DNA from: Lophium mytilinum
Lineage: Eukaryota
Length of the DNA: 64,000 bases
Reading direction: 5' to 3'
Assembly (NCBI GenBank): GCA_010093605.1
Contig: MU004183.1
Span: forward strand, 310,001-374,000
Below, piece by piece: positions 13,900 to 27,177 of this stretch. How positions within the stretch are numbered: the stretch's first letter is position 1; each line of letters begins with the position of its first letter. Both the position numbers and the translations under genes were made by a program. The notes beneath the pieces were generated by a model, which was not told where the DNA came from, ran no database searches, and saw only the letters and a program-made list of their open reading frames with translations.

Positions 13900-14018
13900 T
13901 GCGGAAGGAGGGATTCGAACCCCCGACCCCTGCCTTGCTCAAAGATACATACAAGCAGCGAATGCATGCATGCGAAGCAATGGGAAGACAGTACCCTAAA
14001 CCACTGGGCTACTCCCGC
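13900..14018 (-). tRNA. tRNA-Gly(CCC) with a 45-nt intron (13936-13980)
   Basis: Minus strand folds as a cloverleaf: acceptor GCGGGAG/CTTCCGC, D arm GCCC-AGTGGTTTA-GGGT, anticodon stem CTGTC/GGCAG with TT-CCC-A then an intron after base 37, T loop TTCGAAT, discriminator A; TTTT Pol III terminator just downstream. Confidence 0.93.
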
Positions 14019-14741
14019 TTCTCGTGAAATTCGAGTGCCAGGCGGCGTTACTGTGTTCATACAGGTGTGGGTTTCCCTGGATATAAGATAGCAGAGACTA
14101 TTGTAGTAGCGTCAAGAAGATTCTATGGTGAGCGGTGAATTCAATATGCGCGGGATCACGCCGGAAGCAACGGGTATCAGCGTCAGTAGCCCGGCAAACA
14201 GGGTGGAGGGAATGCGACAGCATGGCAGAGAGTATCATCTGGTTCAGCATACCATTATCGACATTAACAAACAGGCATTGAGGTGGATAAAGGCGATAGA
14301 GACAATCTTCATGGTATCAAGTATCAACATGCAGCAAACAGTCACAGCCACCCCAAAAAAGCTTAAGCGTGGGAATACGATCTTCATGGCAGAAAATCAG
14401 CTAGTATACAGAGGAATCAAGATGCCCAAGAAAAAGCATCCATAGAGTAAGCCCGTCATGTACTCGTGTGACGTTGACGTTTGAAATCGTTCGTGAGCCG
14501 CAACAGGTAGAACCACCCTCTCTAGTCCAGATGGTGTGTCACGTGCCGCCGAGAACAAGACTCACGAAGGACGGCTGACGCTGCTTCGTACTCCTCACTT
14601 GGAAGAAAATAAAGCATAAGAAACCCGAAATTCCCCGGCCCCGTTCCAAACCCCGAGAGCATGTTCCACCAGAGCAATAAAGAGAAACCAGAGAGATGAG
14701 CAGATTTGAGATGGAGGATAAGCGTTGTAAGAGCTTGCGGT

Positions 14742-15228
14742 TTACTCGGAAACCTCCTCTTCATCCTCAGCACCCTGGAGCAGGTCAGTAGGTGGATGGG
14801 GGGGTAGGAAAGGGGCAGTACGTACGGCAGCATAGGCGGCCTTCTCATCTTCGTAACGCTTCTTGTCGGTAGCAGCCTTGGCCTCGTAGGGGCCACGGTT
14901 CTTCTCGCTCAGGGCCTTCCACTTCTCGCCCAGCATCTTGCCGACCTCACCTTGAGACAAGATCAGCAAAGATTAGTGTAAGTGGCTTGAGCGATGACGT
15001 ACCGAACTTGATTCCGGGGTTGTCCTCACGGACCTTGTCGCGCTGCTCGTTGGCGAAGAACATGTAGGCAGATAGACCGCGCTTGGGTGCGTTGGGGTCT
15101 TTTTTGGCTTTGCGTGAGCATCAGATGGTGGTCCTTTGATAATGGAGAGGAGACTTACCCTTCTTCTTCTTGCCGCCCTCGGCCTTGGTGGCCTTGGCCT
15201 TGCGGGTGACGGTCTTTTCCTTTGGCAT
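14742..15228 (-). CDS. NHP6: Non-histone chromosomal HMG-box protein 6; exons 15228-15159, 15098-15003, 14950-14826, 14774-14742
   Basis: [50 protein letters not shown] after splicing three canonical introns. Confidence 0.97.
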
Positions 15229-15311
15229 TGTGCTGGTGGGTGTCAGTGGGGATGCGGTGGTGGTGAGTGGCAGACGATGGGTGGTAGAGTGAGTGGGGCG
15301 GGTGGAGCAGG

Positions 15312-15400
15312 TATATAAGCAGACAAATGAAGGGAGCAAGCAGTCGCGCGAAGCTTTTGGAAGGCCAATCACGGCCAGAGAGCGACGGCGACGCCAATAG
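15312..15400 (-). promoter_or_regulatory. Putative NHP6 core promoter: TATA-like element and two CCAAT boxes
   Basis: TATATAA at 15312-15318, about 90 bp upstream of the ATG; GCCAAT at ~15364 and ~15393. Motif match only. Confidence 0.35.
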
Positions 15401-17231
15401 AAAGAAACAGAAGTCACGCGGCACAGAAGGTGGGTTGATGTGGAGGTGGGAGTGTGCAGTGCAGTGGTGGTGGTGGAAACCCCAGATCGCGGTTTGCCAA
15501 ATCGGGCCTCACGGTCGCAAAACAACAACAGAGCAAGCAATGAACGAGCGAGAACGCGATCGTCGCCGGAGAAGCGCGGACTCACCTAGATTGCGGGCTG
15601 CGACAAGAGCCTCGAGTGGTTTTGATATGTGACTATGGCGGTGGTCAGTACGGATGCTCGATGCGGGCGCGCGACAACGACGACAATGCGACGAAGCGGC
15701 GTGATTGATTTGAAATGACGACGACAGCAGAGAGGCTCGCAGAAGACGCGCGGAGCCGCGGAAAAAACGCGTGCATCGCGGTGTGGTGGGCGAGTGCGGG
15801 CTCAGTGATGGTGGAGGTCGGGCATGGGAAGCGTCAAGCGAAGCTCACCTGTTTGTTTTGCGGGTGCGGTTTGGCAGAGGGGATTTGTATGAGAGAGTTG
15901 GGTGAGGGAGGAGGCGATGGGGACTGCGCAGGTTATGCGGCAAAGGGCGGCCGCGTCACGTGCCCCTAACAAAGCCCGCCGACCGTGCATTCCCAGCTTC
16001 CCAGCACCACCGACTCCTCTCCCTGTGCTGTCGCTTGCAGCCGCCCAGCACCGCCGACCGCTATGCCCAGCGCATCTCCCTAATCGAACCCGGATCACTG
16101 TATCTCATTATGCAGAGAGTGTGCTCGGAAGCCGTGGTGAGCTCTTGCGCCGCAGTCCCATTGTTGCTGCAGCGGCACCGCTCCGACTCAGGCCTCGCAG
16201 TCAAGTAAGAGCCCTCGAGGACTGAGCACCAGGGCGGGCAGCGGGCAGCGGGCAGCTCCCTAGCAACGGAGCTGATACACGCATTCCTGGTTTCATGCGG
16301 CCCGTTTATATTGCACCTCCGCCGCTCGCCTTGCCCATTCGTCACTGCGCCAAATTTGTGAGCCGTTATCTCGCACCCTCCGTTGTTAGGCCTGGCTGGC
16401 TGAGAGGGCCCCAAGGGCCGCCCACCGCAAGCAGCCGGCCACAGAAAGAACGAGACACCACCGCCCGGGGCCTGACTGCATGTGACGGCCTAACGTCTAC
16501 CCACCCATCCGCTGCTGCAGCCTCACCCCGTTGCAACAAGGCCCCAAGCCACCAGAAAAGTGGTTGGGAGGGCACTTGCGTCGGACGCCTACAGCCAGCC
16601 TGCCCGCACCGCGCCCAGCGAGGGGGGCCCTTCGAGTCAAGGCTATCGGAGCTGCGTCCTTTCACCGGCTGGGGCGCCATTACCAATCCAGTAATACAAG
16701 GAAAGGTGCTCTCTTCGAGGCAACCCACAGCTTCTGCCGCTATATTATTCGCGCAGTCGTGTTTGTTGATCGAGTGTCGTGCCGTGAATAAGGGGAGGGT
16801 TGCGCGGATCACGTGACGCTTACTCCGCTTAGCTTAAGCCCGATGATGGCATTGTGTGACGTAGCAGGCCAATACTCGAAGACGTCAAGAAGCTCACAGA
16901 CAGTTGGGCGCTTAGTGCTCCTCGTGCGCCTCTGAGTTGTTTTACGCCCGAAAGTGAGAGAATTGGTAGGGCCTGTTCGTTGCGGAGCTGGGTTGGTATA
17001 CCTAGGTATTCATGGATTCAACTGCCCCATTCCAATAGGCTATCAATACATGCAATGGAGACCTTTGCCATTGCAAAACATTTTCCGAAAGTAATGTAAC
17101 ACCAAATACTCTCAACACGAATATGAATATGCATAGGATTTAGGTGCGACTAACAATACACCCCTCCTCCACCCCGCCCATATAGGTAAATCACATCCAC
17201 ACCCAGAACGCCACCAGTGCTCCCCTTATCT

Positions 17232-20200
17232 TCACGCTCCGCGCTTAAAAGGATGCGCCTCAGTATTAAGTACCCAGTCATCCAGACTAACCGCGCTCTC
17301 CTCCTCAAACAACAGATAGAAGTACTTGAGCGTCTCGGCGAGCCAGAAGCTCTCCATCTCGTCCAGCAGCTCCGGCGCCGTCTTGGTGACGTCGTCGATG
17401 GCCGAGTTCCCGTACTCGGTCGTCGTGTGCTGCGCGATGGCTTGGTACATCTCCCAGCCGACCTCGCGCCAGTGCGAGTCGCCCGTGATGCGGTAGAGGT
17501 AGAAGACGGATTCGATGGCTTCGGGGCTGGAAATGAGTCAGCGAGCTTCGATCATGACTGAAGAGGAAAGGGGTTGCTTACCGAAGAATGTATTTCTTGC
17601 TCCGGATGCTTGTGACACCCTTTGGCAGCCTCTCCTCCTGGATGCGGTTCTTGACGAATTCCTCGTGGGACTGCGGGGGACGGGGGGAGTAAAGGATGGG
17701 AAAGGTGGGTAGTGTGGGCGATGGCTTGTCCGATGAATCTGATGGTGTTATTTCCTCGTCGTCGTTCGTCTTCGCTGCTGGCTTCTCCAACAGCAGCTCT
17801 TCTTCTGCCTTCTTCTCCGTCTTTGATGGTTTCTCATCCGTTGAATCCAACTGTCGCTTCTCGAGGCCGACAGCCTTTGGCAACCCGGTCGCCTCCGCTT
17901 CGACCTCTGCAACCTCTCTCTCTAGCTCTGTCTTGTCAACCCCGGTGGCTTGTGCTTCGGGCGCGCCCGTTGCCGCCGCCATTGCCGCCTCATAGCTTGC
18001 CGATGCCTCTGCAAGCTGTTTGGTGTACCTGCTCATCTGGTCCTTGTAGCTCTTTATCCTGTTTTCAGAATGCGGATCGATCTTCTCCCACCACATCGTC
18101 TCATTCCACTCGCAGCTCTTCTGGCTCTCACATCCTACGACGTAAAAGCTCTCCGGCATGATACCGGTCGTAGTAGCGTTGTAACTCCACACACAGCCCT
18201 CGGTCAGTTTCTTCGCGATTTCCAGGTCTTCCTCGCGGTTGAAGATCTTGGCGCCGAGAGCGAACATGCCACCGGCAAAGCACGTGAGATGCGCATTCTC
18301 GTTGTCTAGGTCGCCTATTCCACCGGATTTCGTGTAGGTGGAGAGTGCTGGCACGCTAAAAGAGCCGGAGAAAAGAACGTCTGCGCCGTCAGGTAGCATA
18401 GGACGGAAGAGCAGATGCTCTTTCACGACATCGACCGACTTCTCGTACATAGTGCGGTACGAGTCAACCCGGCCACCCAGGAGAATCCATTCCTAGAGGC
18501 AATTAGCTGACCGTTACACCATTCAAGGCCATGGTAGTCGTAGGTTCTTACCTTTGGCAGATATTCATAGGTGGAATCAGACATGCCACCCAGCGTGAAA
18601 GTCTCAGTCCCAAACTCGCTGTAAGACACCATGCCTTGGTCTTCGCACTCAGGGACCGCGGGAATAGTAGCCTGAGCCTTGGGGGCGGCCTTTGCTGCGG
18701 TCCTCGGAGCTATGCTGTCCGCCAATGTAGCGTCTGGAGCGTCGAGCTGTCTCTTTTCTTTTCCTGGCAATTTCTTCTCTGGCTTTTCGTTGTCGACAGG
18801 AATGAACTCAACTGGCTTTGGCAAATCCAGTGGGACCAACTCATCCTCATCGAAGTCATCCTCAAGCAAAGGCGTGGAACCAGATGCCTCCTTTTCTTCG
18901 GGCTCAACGGGATTAGCATTAGTCGGTCTCTTGCAGCCAGAAGCGTCGATATACGTCGGCCACATGCCCGGTAGCCTCGTCTCCTTTTGGAACAACTCAA
19001 GAGCGTCTGTGATCCGGGCTATAGCGTCATAGTATTTCGGCTCGCCAGTCAATTGGGCGAGTCTGGTGAATTCCACGGAGAGAGAGCCGATCTCGGCTAG
19101 GATGACTCTGTTACTTGCGCGATGGGGCTGCGAGGCGAATGTACTAGGCCTTCAAATTAGCTCCATCCAATTGACGTGATCATCCACTGAACTCACGGTC
19201 TCCAGTAGTAATAGGTGATTGGCATCCTATTTGGGGTGTCAAAAGCGCCCATCAGCACCTCTCCCAGCTCGACAGCCTTCTCAAGCAAGACTGGGTATTT
19301 CTGGTTACTGATATCATATGCGGCAAGCAGACCACCCAAATAGCGGATTGTGGTCTCGAACATGGGGATATCGCCGCGGGGACTCGTCGTGAAGTCAATT
19401 GTCTTGACAGCCTCGACGGCCTCTTCAAACTCAGGCTTCAGCCCCATCATCCACAGCGTATCTAGCGTATCCACCAATGTTGCACCCCATCCCGCAAAGG
19501 GGTTCCTGAAGCCACCAGAAACAGGTGACAATTCATCCTTCATCCACGCATTATCCTTGTATCCTTTCCATGAGTGCAAGAACGCTCCCTTGATCGTCTT
19601 GAGCTTGCTCAGCCTGTCCGTCTTTGCCTCCACTGTCTCTTCCTTGAAGTCGAATTGGATCTTGGGTATTGGTTTCGGCGAGCCGCTCGGCAGCTGGATA
19701 GTCGACTTCGAGGGAACTGGAAAATGCTCGGGGAGGGGCTTCCAGTATATAGCTGGCGCATCGGAGGGTATGGGCGGGATCTCGAGTCTCCCCTGGCCGT
19801 GCTCGTGGAGAACTTCGTTCTTCCCCGGTACAAACTGTTTCTTGTCATCCTCCAAGTGTCCCATACCAACAGGTGTACTAGTTATTGATGGCGATGCTTC
19901 TGCAGCTGCAGCCGACTCTTTTGCCGGCTTTGGAGACCCCGGAGGCGTGTTCTGGACGGGATGGCTGACGCTCGCAATTGGCGGCGGTGTTTCGAGGGGG
20001 AGGGTCAGTGAAGTCTCAATGCCCGAGACCTCCACTTGTAGCTTTTTCGTTTCCTGCACAACCTCATGTGGCCTCGGCATCCACGATATTGGCGGGACAA
20101 TCCCCTCGGAATCCTCCTCGAGCGGTGCTGACTTCTCGCCAGTTGGGAGCAGGGACGGTTGCCGCCATGATCCTGTGCTGCCGAATTTGTATAGGGCAAA

Positions 20201-20254
20201 GATGGTAACGACGGCGAGAGCAACGAAGACGCGATATCTCCGGTAACGAAACAT
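17232..20254 (-). CDS. Class I alpha-1,2-mannosidase (GH47), type II membrane protein; 4 exons
   Basis: [10 protein letters not shown] plus TM anchor; [75 protein letters not shown]. Confidence 0.95.
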
Positions 20255-21035
20255 GGTGGGCGTGCGGCAGGATCTATAAACAACGGGGACCTGTCGCACG
20301 GGATATGGGATGGAAGGCCGGGGCGCAGGAAGACTTTAGGGGTGTCTACTCTCTCATAATTCCGCACGAAGAGGGAAAAGGACTGACAGGAAGCGAATGC
20401 GCAGAGTCGGCGGGGGAGGTTTGCGAAGAGGAAGACAGGCCAGGTATTCTAGTCCAGTACGGAGGAGCGACTCCTAGACATGCATGGCTTCAGTCTACGG
20501 GTCGGCGCTGCGACTTTTATGGGGCAACCAGCAAGCGGCTTGGCCTAGATGTCCGTCGGCCCCTGGAAGTGTGGCGCGTTAGGGCGTCTCCTATCGCAAC
20601 CTTGAACCTCGAACCAGCCTTGATATGCACACGAGCAGCAGACGTTGACGACCTGCCTGGATGAGTATAGAAGCACTGCAGCTCACTTTCACAACACCAC
20701 ACAATCACGAAAGCCGCCAGAGGCAGAGCACGGCGATTGTGTCTTGGTTCGCTTATGCTTAATTCTGGAGTATCAGTCGGCTAAATTTGCAAATCCTGGG
20801 GCACCATGTTGGGTGGAGCGCTCATGTTGGCATTGACAGTCTATTTCGGCATGCTTTTAATATACACTGTCTACTTGCAGACGGCCCATGTTGCACCCAC
20901 AACTAGCCACAGCGTTTGGCCGCCAGCTTTACTTCGCGTACCGAGTGCACGTAGAGGCCCTGTCTCGCAAGCGCCAAATTCTCTACCAGATCCTGGCGCA
21001 TCCTGTGCTCCCGAATACTATCCTACCCGCTCCCA

Positions 21036-23156
21036 CTACTGATTGTCACCCGCGGGGTCTGGCTGTCGTCCCTAGAGTCGCACACCGTCAGTCATGTAAG
21101 AGGTACCTTCTTGGAGTTTCATGCGCTCACCATCTGCCGTGCCTTCAGCATCTCGTCGCACAAGAGCAAGTTGGAGGCGATGCCTGTGCTAGACGCAATG
21201 CAATTGCGCAGCACTCGGAACGAATCGTAGACGCCCTCTTGTGTGGGGTCCATGGCCTCACCGGTTGCGAGATTGAGACCGACAATGTTTCCGTCGGCAT
21301 ACTCGTCCTGCAGCTCCGCCACTATATTGCGTGTTAGTATGCCTCGTGCTTCTTCGATCCAAGTTACTTACGTGAATCTTGTATGTCGTGACCAGAGTTT
21401 GCTGCGAGTGTCTTGGGAATCACCAACAAAGCATCCGCGAATGCTGTCACACCCCACTTTGCTTTTCCCTTGAGTGTCTTGCGGAAGTTGTCGCTAGAGA
21501 GATGTGCAGCGCACGCAATCTGGAACGCCCCACCACCTGGAACCACGCTCCCGTCCACGATCATGTTGTACACGCTTCTCAGACCGTCTCGGACTGCGTC
21601 CTTGATCTGCGTAATAGTGTGCGCATTCGGACCTTTGATGAGCAGAGTAACGGATTTCGGCTCCTTGACGTCTTCCTACTTTGTGTCAGTCAAGTTTGAC
21701 TTTCTAGATTGCGCAACTTACTATGAAAGTGTACTTCTCCTCGCCAAGCTGGTGTTCATACACTAAACCAGCCCATCCGAGCACGTCGGGTGTCAGGTCT
21801 TCCACGCTGTTTTGTGACGTTCCGCCGCAAATCAACTGCAGACGTTCCATGTTCCTCCTCTTGGCGCGCCTTAGGGCGAAGATGCCGTTCTTGACCAGAA
21901 CATCCAAGCTCAACGGATCGATGCCCTTCTGGTTTATTATGACAAAGCCTTTCTTGGGGTCGTTACCACAAACTTCCTTCTTCAGCTCGACAATCTTTCT
22001 CAGCTTCTCGTCGACGAATCTCCTCTCGCTCTCCACTAGCTTCTCACGCTGGTCTGCACTCGAGTAGAAAAACCCCGAGTTGATCTCTGACTTCTCATAC
22101 TCCAAGCTCACGTTGAGAGTCAGGATGAAGGCGTTCTCGACACGCTTTGGCATGTCCGGATGTCTCGCACCGTGGTCCAATGCCAGACCCCTGATCAGCT
22201 GGGTGTCTGCAGCTGTCCGGTGCTGCATGGTCATGATCTCAATCATGTGCAGATCTGGTTTGGCGGGGGCGTTGTATATCGTTAGAACAGCATCGACGAT
22301 ATCTGGGGTAAGCTGCTCCGCAAGCGTGCTGTTCAACTTCGTAGAGAGCGAGGTCCGCGCAACAGATAGGAGGAGTTCGCGGTCGACTTCCTTGGTGAGC
22401 TTGAAGCCGTCAAGAAACTGCTAAAGTCAGCATAAATTTAATGTGAGAAGCGGATGAGCCAACCTTTAGCGCTTCCGTCTTTGCAATTTCGTATCCATCC
22501 GTGATTACCCTGGGGTGTAGGCCCTCTGATATGTATCTGTCTGCCTGCTTCAATAGCTCGCCTACCAACAACACCACCGACGTCGTTCCATCTCCAGTGA
22601 TATCATCTTGTGCGGTAGCAGCTCGTGCAATCATGACCTTAGACGGTCAGTATAGAAATCGGCGTAGTGTATATGGGCTTCGTACGGCAGTTGGATTTTG
22701 TATTTGCTACCATTGTTAGCGACATGGCTCTAATGTGGTGATGAGTACCTACCATTTCTCGTAGCAAGACGCTTCCATCTTTCGTGAGTTTGATCTTTGG
22801 CATAATTAACCACCGAGTTCGAGGAGTGTAACAAGCAAACTTACTGAGCCTGCGCCGTCAACCAGCCTGTGTTTTGTCAGTAGAGTTGAGATTAAATACA
22901 GCGTGAATACTCACATCTTCAGCGTTCCCCGCGGTCCCAGATTTGATGCCAACACCTGGGAATGTTAGCTATGCCCTAGGTTACTGCTCCTCCAATGCTC
23001 AAGGTACCTTCTGTAGCCCTTCTCCGGCTGATATGTTCACTTGGAGAGCTTCCCCACGTCTCTGCGAGCTTGTTAGCCACGTCTCCCAACGGCCGTGGAG
23101 GCAGCATTTCGTACCCTCGACTCCGCCTTGGGGTTCAGGAGTTGCGCTGCAGACAT
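21036..23156 (-). CDS. CCT6: T-complex protein 1 subunit zeta; about 11 exons including 21-22 nt microexons
   Basis: [77 protein letters not shown]. Confidence 0.97.
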
Positions 23157-23447
23157 ATTGGAGGACTTCTATCGGGGTATACAAGGAAACAAAGTCTTGC
23201 GGAGTGGCAGGTGAGAGAGTGAGGGGAGAAGGTGGGCTGTTTGGCAGCCTCCAAATGTCGCGTCGACCTTAATTTTCGCGACCATCGGCTGCACTTCGGC
23301 AGGGATCCCTCAGTGCCAAGCCGAACTTTTTTCCACTTCTTCAGAGCTCCCACATTTCACTCCGACCCGTCACCATCCCCGCGTCGCCGCACCGTATACC
23401 GCCAACAACGCCGCTACTTACCAGGAGTAGCATCCGGTACTAATAGG

Positions 23448-25266
23448 ATGGCAGACTTTCTACTTCTCGAGTCCCCTGTGGGCTACAGCGTGCGTACTCT
23501 CTGCTTCAAGTTAAAGCTCTCTGCGACTAACTCGATTGCAGATTTTTGCTGTGAAAATGCAGGCAGATGCGATCGGTAGCCGACTCAAGGAAGTGCAGGA
23601 GAGTGCACAGGACCTTGCGAAGTTCGGGTACGGGCTACCTATGCGAATATTGGAGCGCTTCTAATACCGCATAGAAAAATGGTCGAGCTCGTCAGCTTTG
23701 CGCCTTTCCACGGAGCCCAAGAAGCGCTGCAGGATGCGAACGATATCAGCGAGGGAATCATGAGCGAATACTTGCGCTCGGTCATTGAGGCGAACCTGCC
23801 AAAAACCAAGAAGAAGAAGACCGTGTTGGGAGTCTGCGAGCGTAATTTGGCTGGATCTATCAAGGCCGGATTCCCGTACATCGAGTGCGAAACTAGCGAG
23901 ACGAGCGAGGTGGTTGCCGATCTTCTCCGTGGATTGCGCACCCATCAGTCGAAGCTGTTGAAGGGACTGCAGTCCGGCGATGTCGAGCGAGCGTGCGTTT
24001 CGCCCATGTTCTAGCTTCACGACTCACGTACTAACTGGATACAGGCAACTTGGTCTTGGACATGCGTATTCTCGCGGCAAGGTGAAGTTCTCCATCCAGA
24101 AGAACGACAATCATATCATGTAAGAACCATTTCAGCGAGACTTAGCTCCATCTAATGCTTCCTAGACAAGCAATTGCCACTCTCGACAACCTCGACAAGG
24201 CCGTCAACCTGTTTTCCATGCGCGCACGCGAGATGTACAGCTGGCATTTCCCCGAACTCGTTAAGCACGTCTCGGATAACCAGACCTTCGCCGCCTGTGT
24301 CGTGTTCATCGGTAACAAGAGCTCTCTGGGTGACGACAGCCTTCATGATCTTGCGGCTATCGTAAACGATGACGAGAGCATTGCCCAAGGTATCATCGAC
24401 GCTGCTCGTGTCAGCATGGGACGTGATCTCTCTGAAACCGACATGGCCAATATCCTCCAGTTTGCCGAGCGCTGCGTTGCGCTCGCTGCGTATCGCAAGT
24501 CTCTGACGCACTATCTGAGCTCCAAGATGAACGTCGTCGCACCCAATCTCGCAGCCCTCATCGGCGACACTGTTGGCGCGCGTTTGATCTCCAAGGCCGG
24601 CAGCTTGACCAACCTTAGCAAGTACCCTGCTAGCACGCTGCAGATTTTGGGTGCTGAGAAGGCTCTCTTCCGTGCGTTGAAGACGAAGGGCAACACCCCT
24701 AAATATGGTCTCATCTATCACTCTGCATTGTACGTCTCCCTACTTATATTGATATTGGACTACTGACTAATTAATTCCCTAGCATCGGTCGGGCAGGCAC
24801 CAAGAACAAGGGCAGAATCTCCCGTTTCCTCGCTAACAAATGTTCCATTGCCTCTCGGATCGACAACTTCAGCGATGAGCCGACTTCCAAGTTCGGCGAA
24901 GCTCTTCGCAAGCAGGTTGAAGAGCGCATCGATTTCTACGCTACGGGCACTGCGCCGACAAAAAACGAGACTGCTATGCGCGCTGCTATGGACGCCGTAC
25001 TAGGCGACATCCAAATTGAGGATCCGACAGCCGGCGGAGCGGAAGACGTCGAGATGGCGGACGGTGTCACGAGCCAAGCGGTCGAGCAGAAGCTCAGGAA
25101 GAAAGAAAAGAAGGACAAGAAGTCCAAGAAGAAGTCAGAGCCAGAGACGATGACATCCGAGACCCTTGCGGCCGAGTCTCCAGAAAAGGCCAAGAAGGAA
25201 AAGAAGCGGAAGCACGCTGAGGAGGACGGTGAAGGCAAGAAGAAGAAAAAGAAGAGCAAGGCGTAG
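23448..25266 (+). CDS. NOP56: Nucleolar protein 56 (box C/D snoRNP core)
   Basis: [74 protein letters not shown] (Nop56-type), KKE/D-rich tail. Confidence 0.95.
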
Positions 25267-27177
25267 AGTCTGTTCCCTCTGTTCTCATCCCAATTTCGTC
25301 ATTCCGGGAACTTGGTGTTTCTGTCTAAAAGGTCTCACATGGCGGAGCATTCGGCGTTGTAGGATGGCTTCCTCGGGCTTTTGTATATCTGGGCCAGCTT
25401 CGAGGTCTTCTGTGTTGTTCGTGCATGTGGAGACATGATTCTCTATGAGCTAGTTCGAGTAGCTGTGTGAATAGCAGCTTTAAACTCGTCTATGTGAATT
25501 TGGGTGACGTGATTGTCTGTGACAGTTTGAAGTTTCTATGTAATAGTTGGTGAAGCCTCTATGTAATCTTTGGCGAAAGCTCTATTTGCTCATAAGTGAA
25601 ACCCTTCTCGTTCTCAAATGATGTGAATGGAAAAGCGTAGTGTTCCAATCAACCGGTAAACTCATCAAGCCACCCAAGATAGCACTAAATAGGTGTTCAC
25701 AGACTTATGTTAAGGGACTGTAATGACGATAGAGGCTGCCATCCTGACAGGACTAATATCCGTGCACTGCTACGCCGAAATCTAACACTTGCAAGTATGG
25801 GTAAATTGTGCATCACGCGTGAATAGACTGCCAAATGCTTCACCTAACGGACGACAACAATAGAGAGGAGCTTCAATGCGGGAATCTCCAGGGCTGAAAC
25901 ATTAAGGAGGAATTAGCTAGTCCCGCCGCACCCTTGTGGCGTGGGGCAAAGATCTCCCCTGCATGTTGGCGCGAAATCCAAGATCCGAGACGGCGAAGCG
26001 AGCTAGCTTAGCTCTGATTGGCCGGTCTAAACGTGCTTATCCTCCACCTCCATGGCTCTTTTGACATACAGCGACTTCTTTTGATGGTTTGTATGTAGAT
26101 ATTGACTTGATGAAATAGTTTTTCCTATAGTTTGACCAATGCGGGTGGTGCTGTGTGAATGCGAAGAATGCGCTACCAGTGATTGGACGCTAGCCCCTGT
26201 CGCGCTTGTGGCTTTGGCAACCTTCATGGATCCGAGGAACGACCTCGAGGCTCGAGATCACCGTATATCATGGTACGAGAGACATTTGATAGATATATGC
26301 AAGCAAATATGGCGAGCAAAGCTAAGTGGAGGTAGCTTTACGTTGCTCATACAGAAAGTTACCCAGTGTAGCTTGAGGAATGCTCTGCATGAGGATAGTG
26401 AATCCCAAGACGAACAAGGCAAGAGGTGCCTGGAAGCATTGGGGAAGAAGGGTATGTGGCAGGAGAAGGCAGCTATACAGCGTAGACACTCCAACAGCCT
26501 GATATAACAGCAAGATAGGCATCCCCAGGCTGAAGCGGTTTCAGGCGATCTCGTCGCTCCGCAAGCCCCCTGTGACACGAGACATGGCCTTTACTCGCCG
26601 CGCTTGAGTGGGATTTGGCAGAGACTCCCCGCCGGCCGACTCCCCGTGCGTTCCATCGAAGGGCTGCTGGTCGTGCCCAGGTGGTCAATCTCTGTCCGCC
26701 GCGTAGCTGCCCATTATAGAGCGTCCGCCCCGAATAATGTTCGTCTGCCAGCAACACTCTTCCTCCTCTTTCTTTCCACAACCACACTCGCAGACTGCTG
26801 GCTTTCTTCATCGCTACACCGTCGACCAAAGCCCCTATCATCACTCTTTTCCCGGATTCGAATCGGCCCAAATCCAGTGCTGCAGCTGCCCGCGTCTAGG
26901 AAGCGCCGCAACCCTCTCTTCGACACACACGCCCGCCGGAGTCGACGCCGCCAGTGCCGTGGTGTTGAAGGTATCGCGAGCCCGACTGTGTTGGTGGTGC
27001 TGGCCGTGACCCAACGTCCCTGAGCAATTTCCGCGGCACCAGCCCATCCTCGCCCGACGGCGGCACCGTTTCAGACTCGTGCAGCGGGTGGCAGAGACTC
27101 TGCTGCTGGTCGGCTGCAGGTAGTAGCATTCCGCGTTCTCGTGAAGCGCTGGTGTTGAGGTGAGTCGGTCGATCACC

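Noticed and set aside
15600..16900. Several 80-170 aa ORFs upstream of NHP6
   Set aside because: GC-rich sequence with overlapping ORFs on both strands and no motifs or splice structure; more likely regulatory or UTR sequence.
19350..20246. 298-aa plus-strand ORF, and similar long antisense ORFs at 45849-46601, 57459-58043 and 24152-24721
   Set aside because: Antisense shadows of well-supported genes, explained by codon bias.
26027..27150. ORFs upstream of HPC2
   Set aside because: No recognisable domain or consistent gene structure; probably promoter and long 5' leader.
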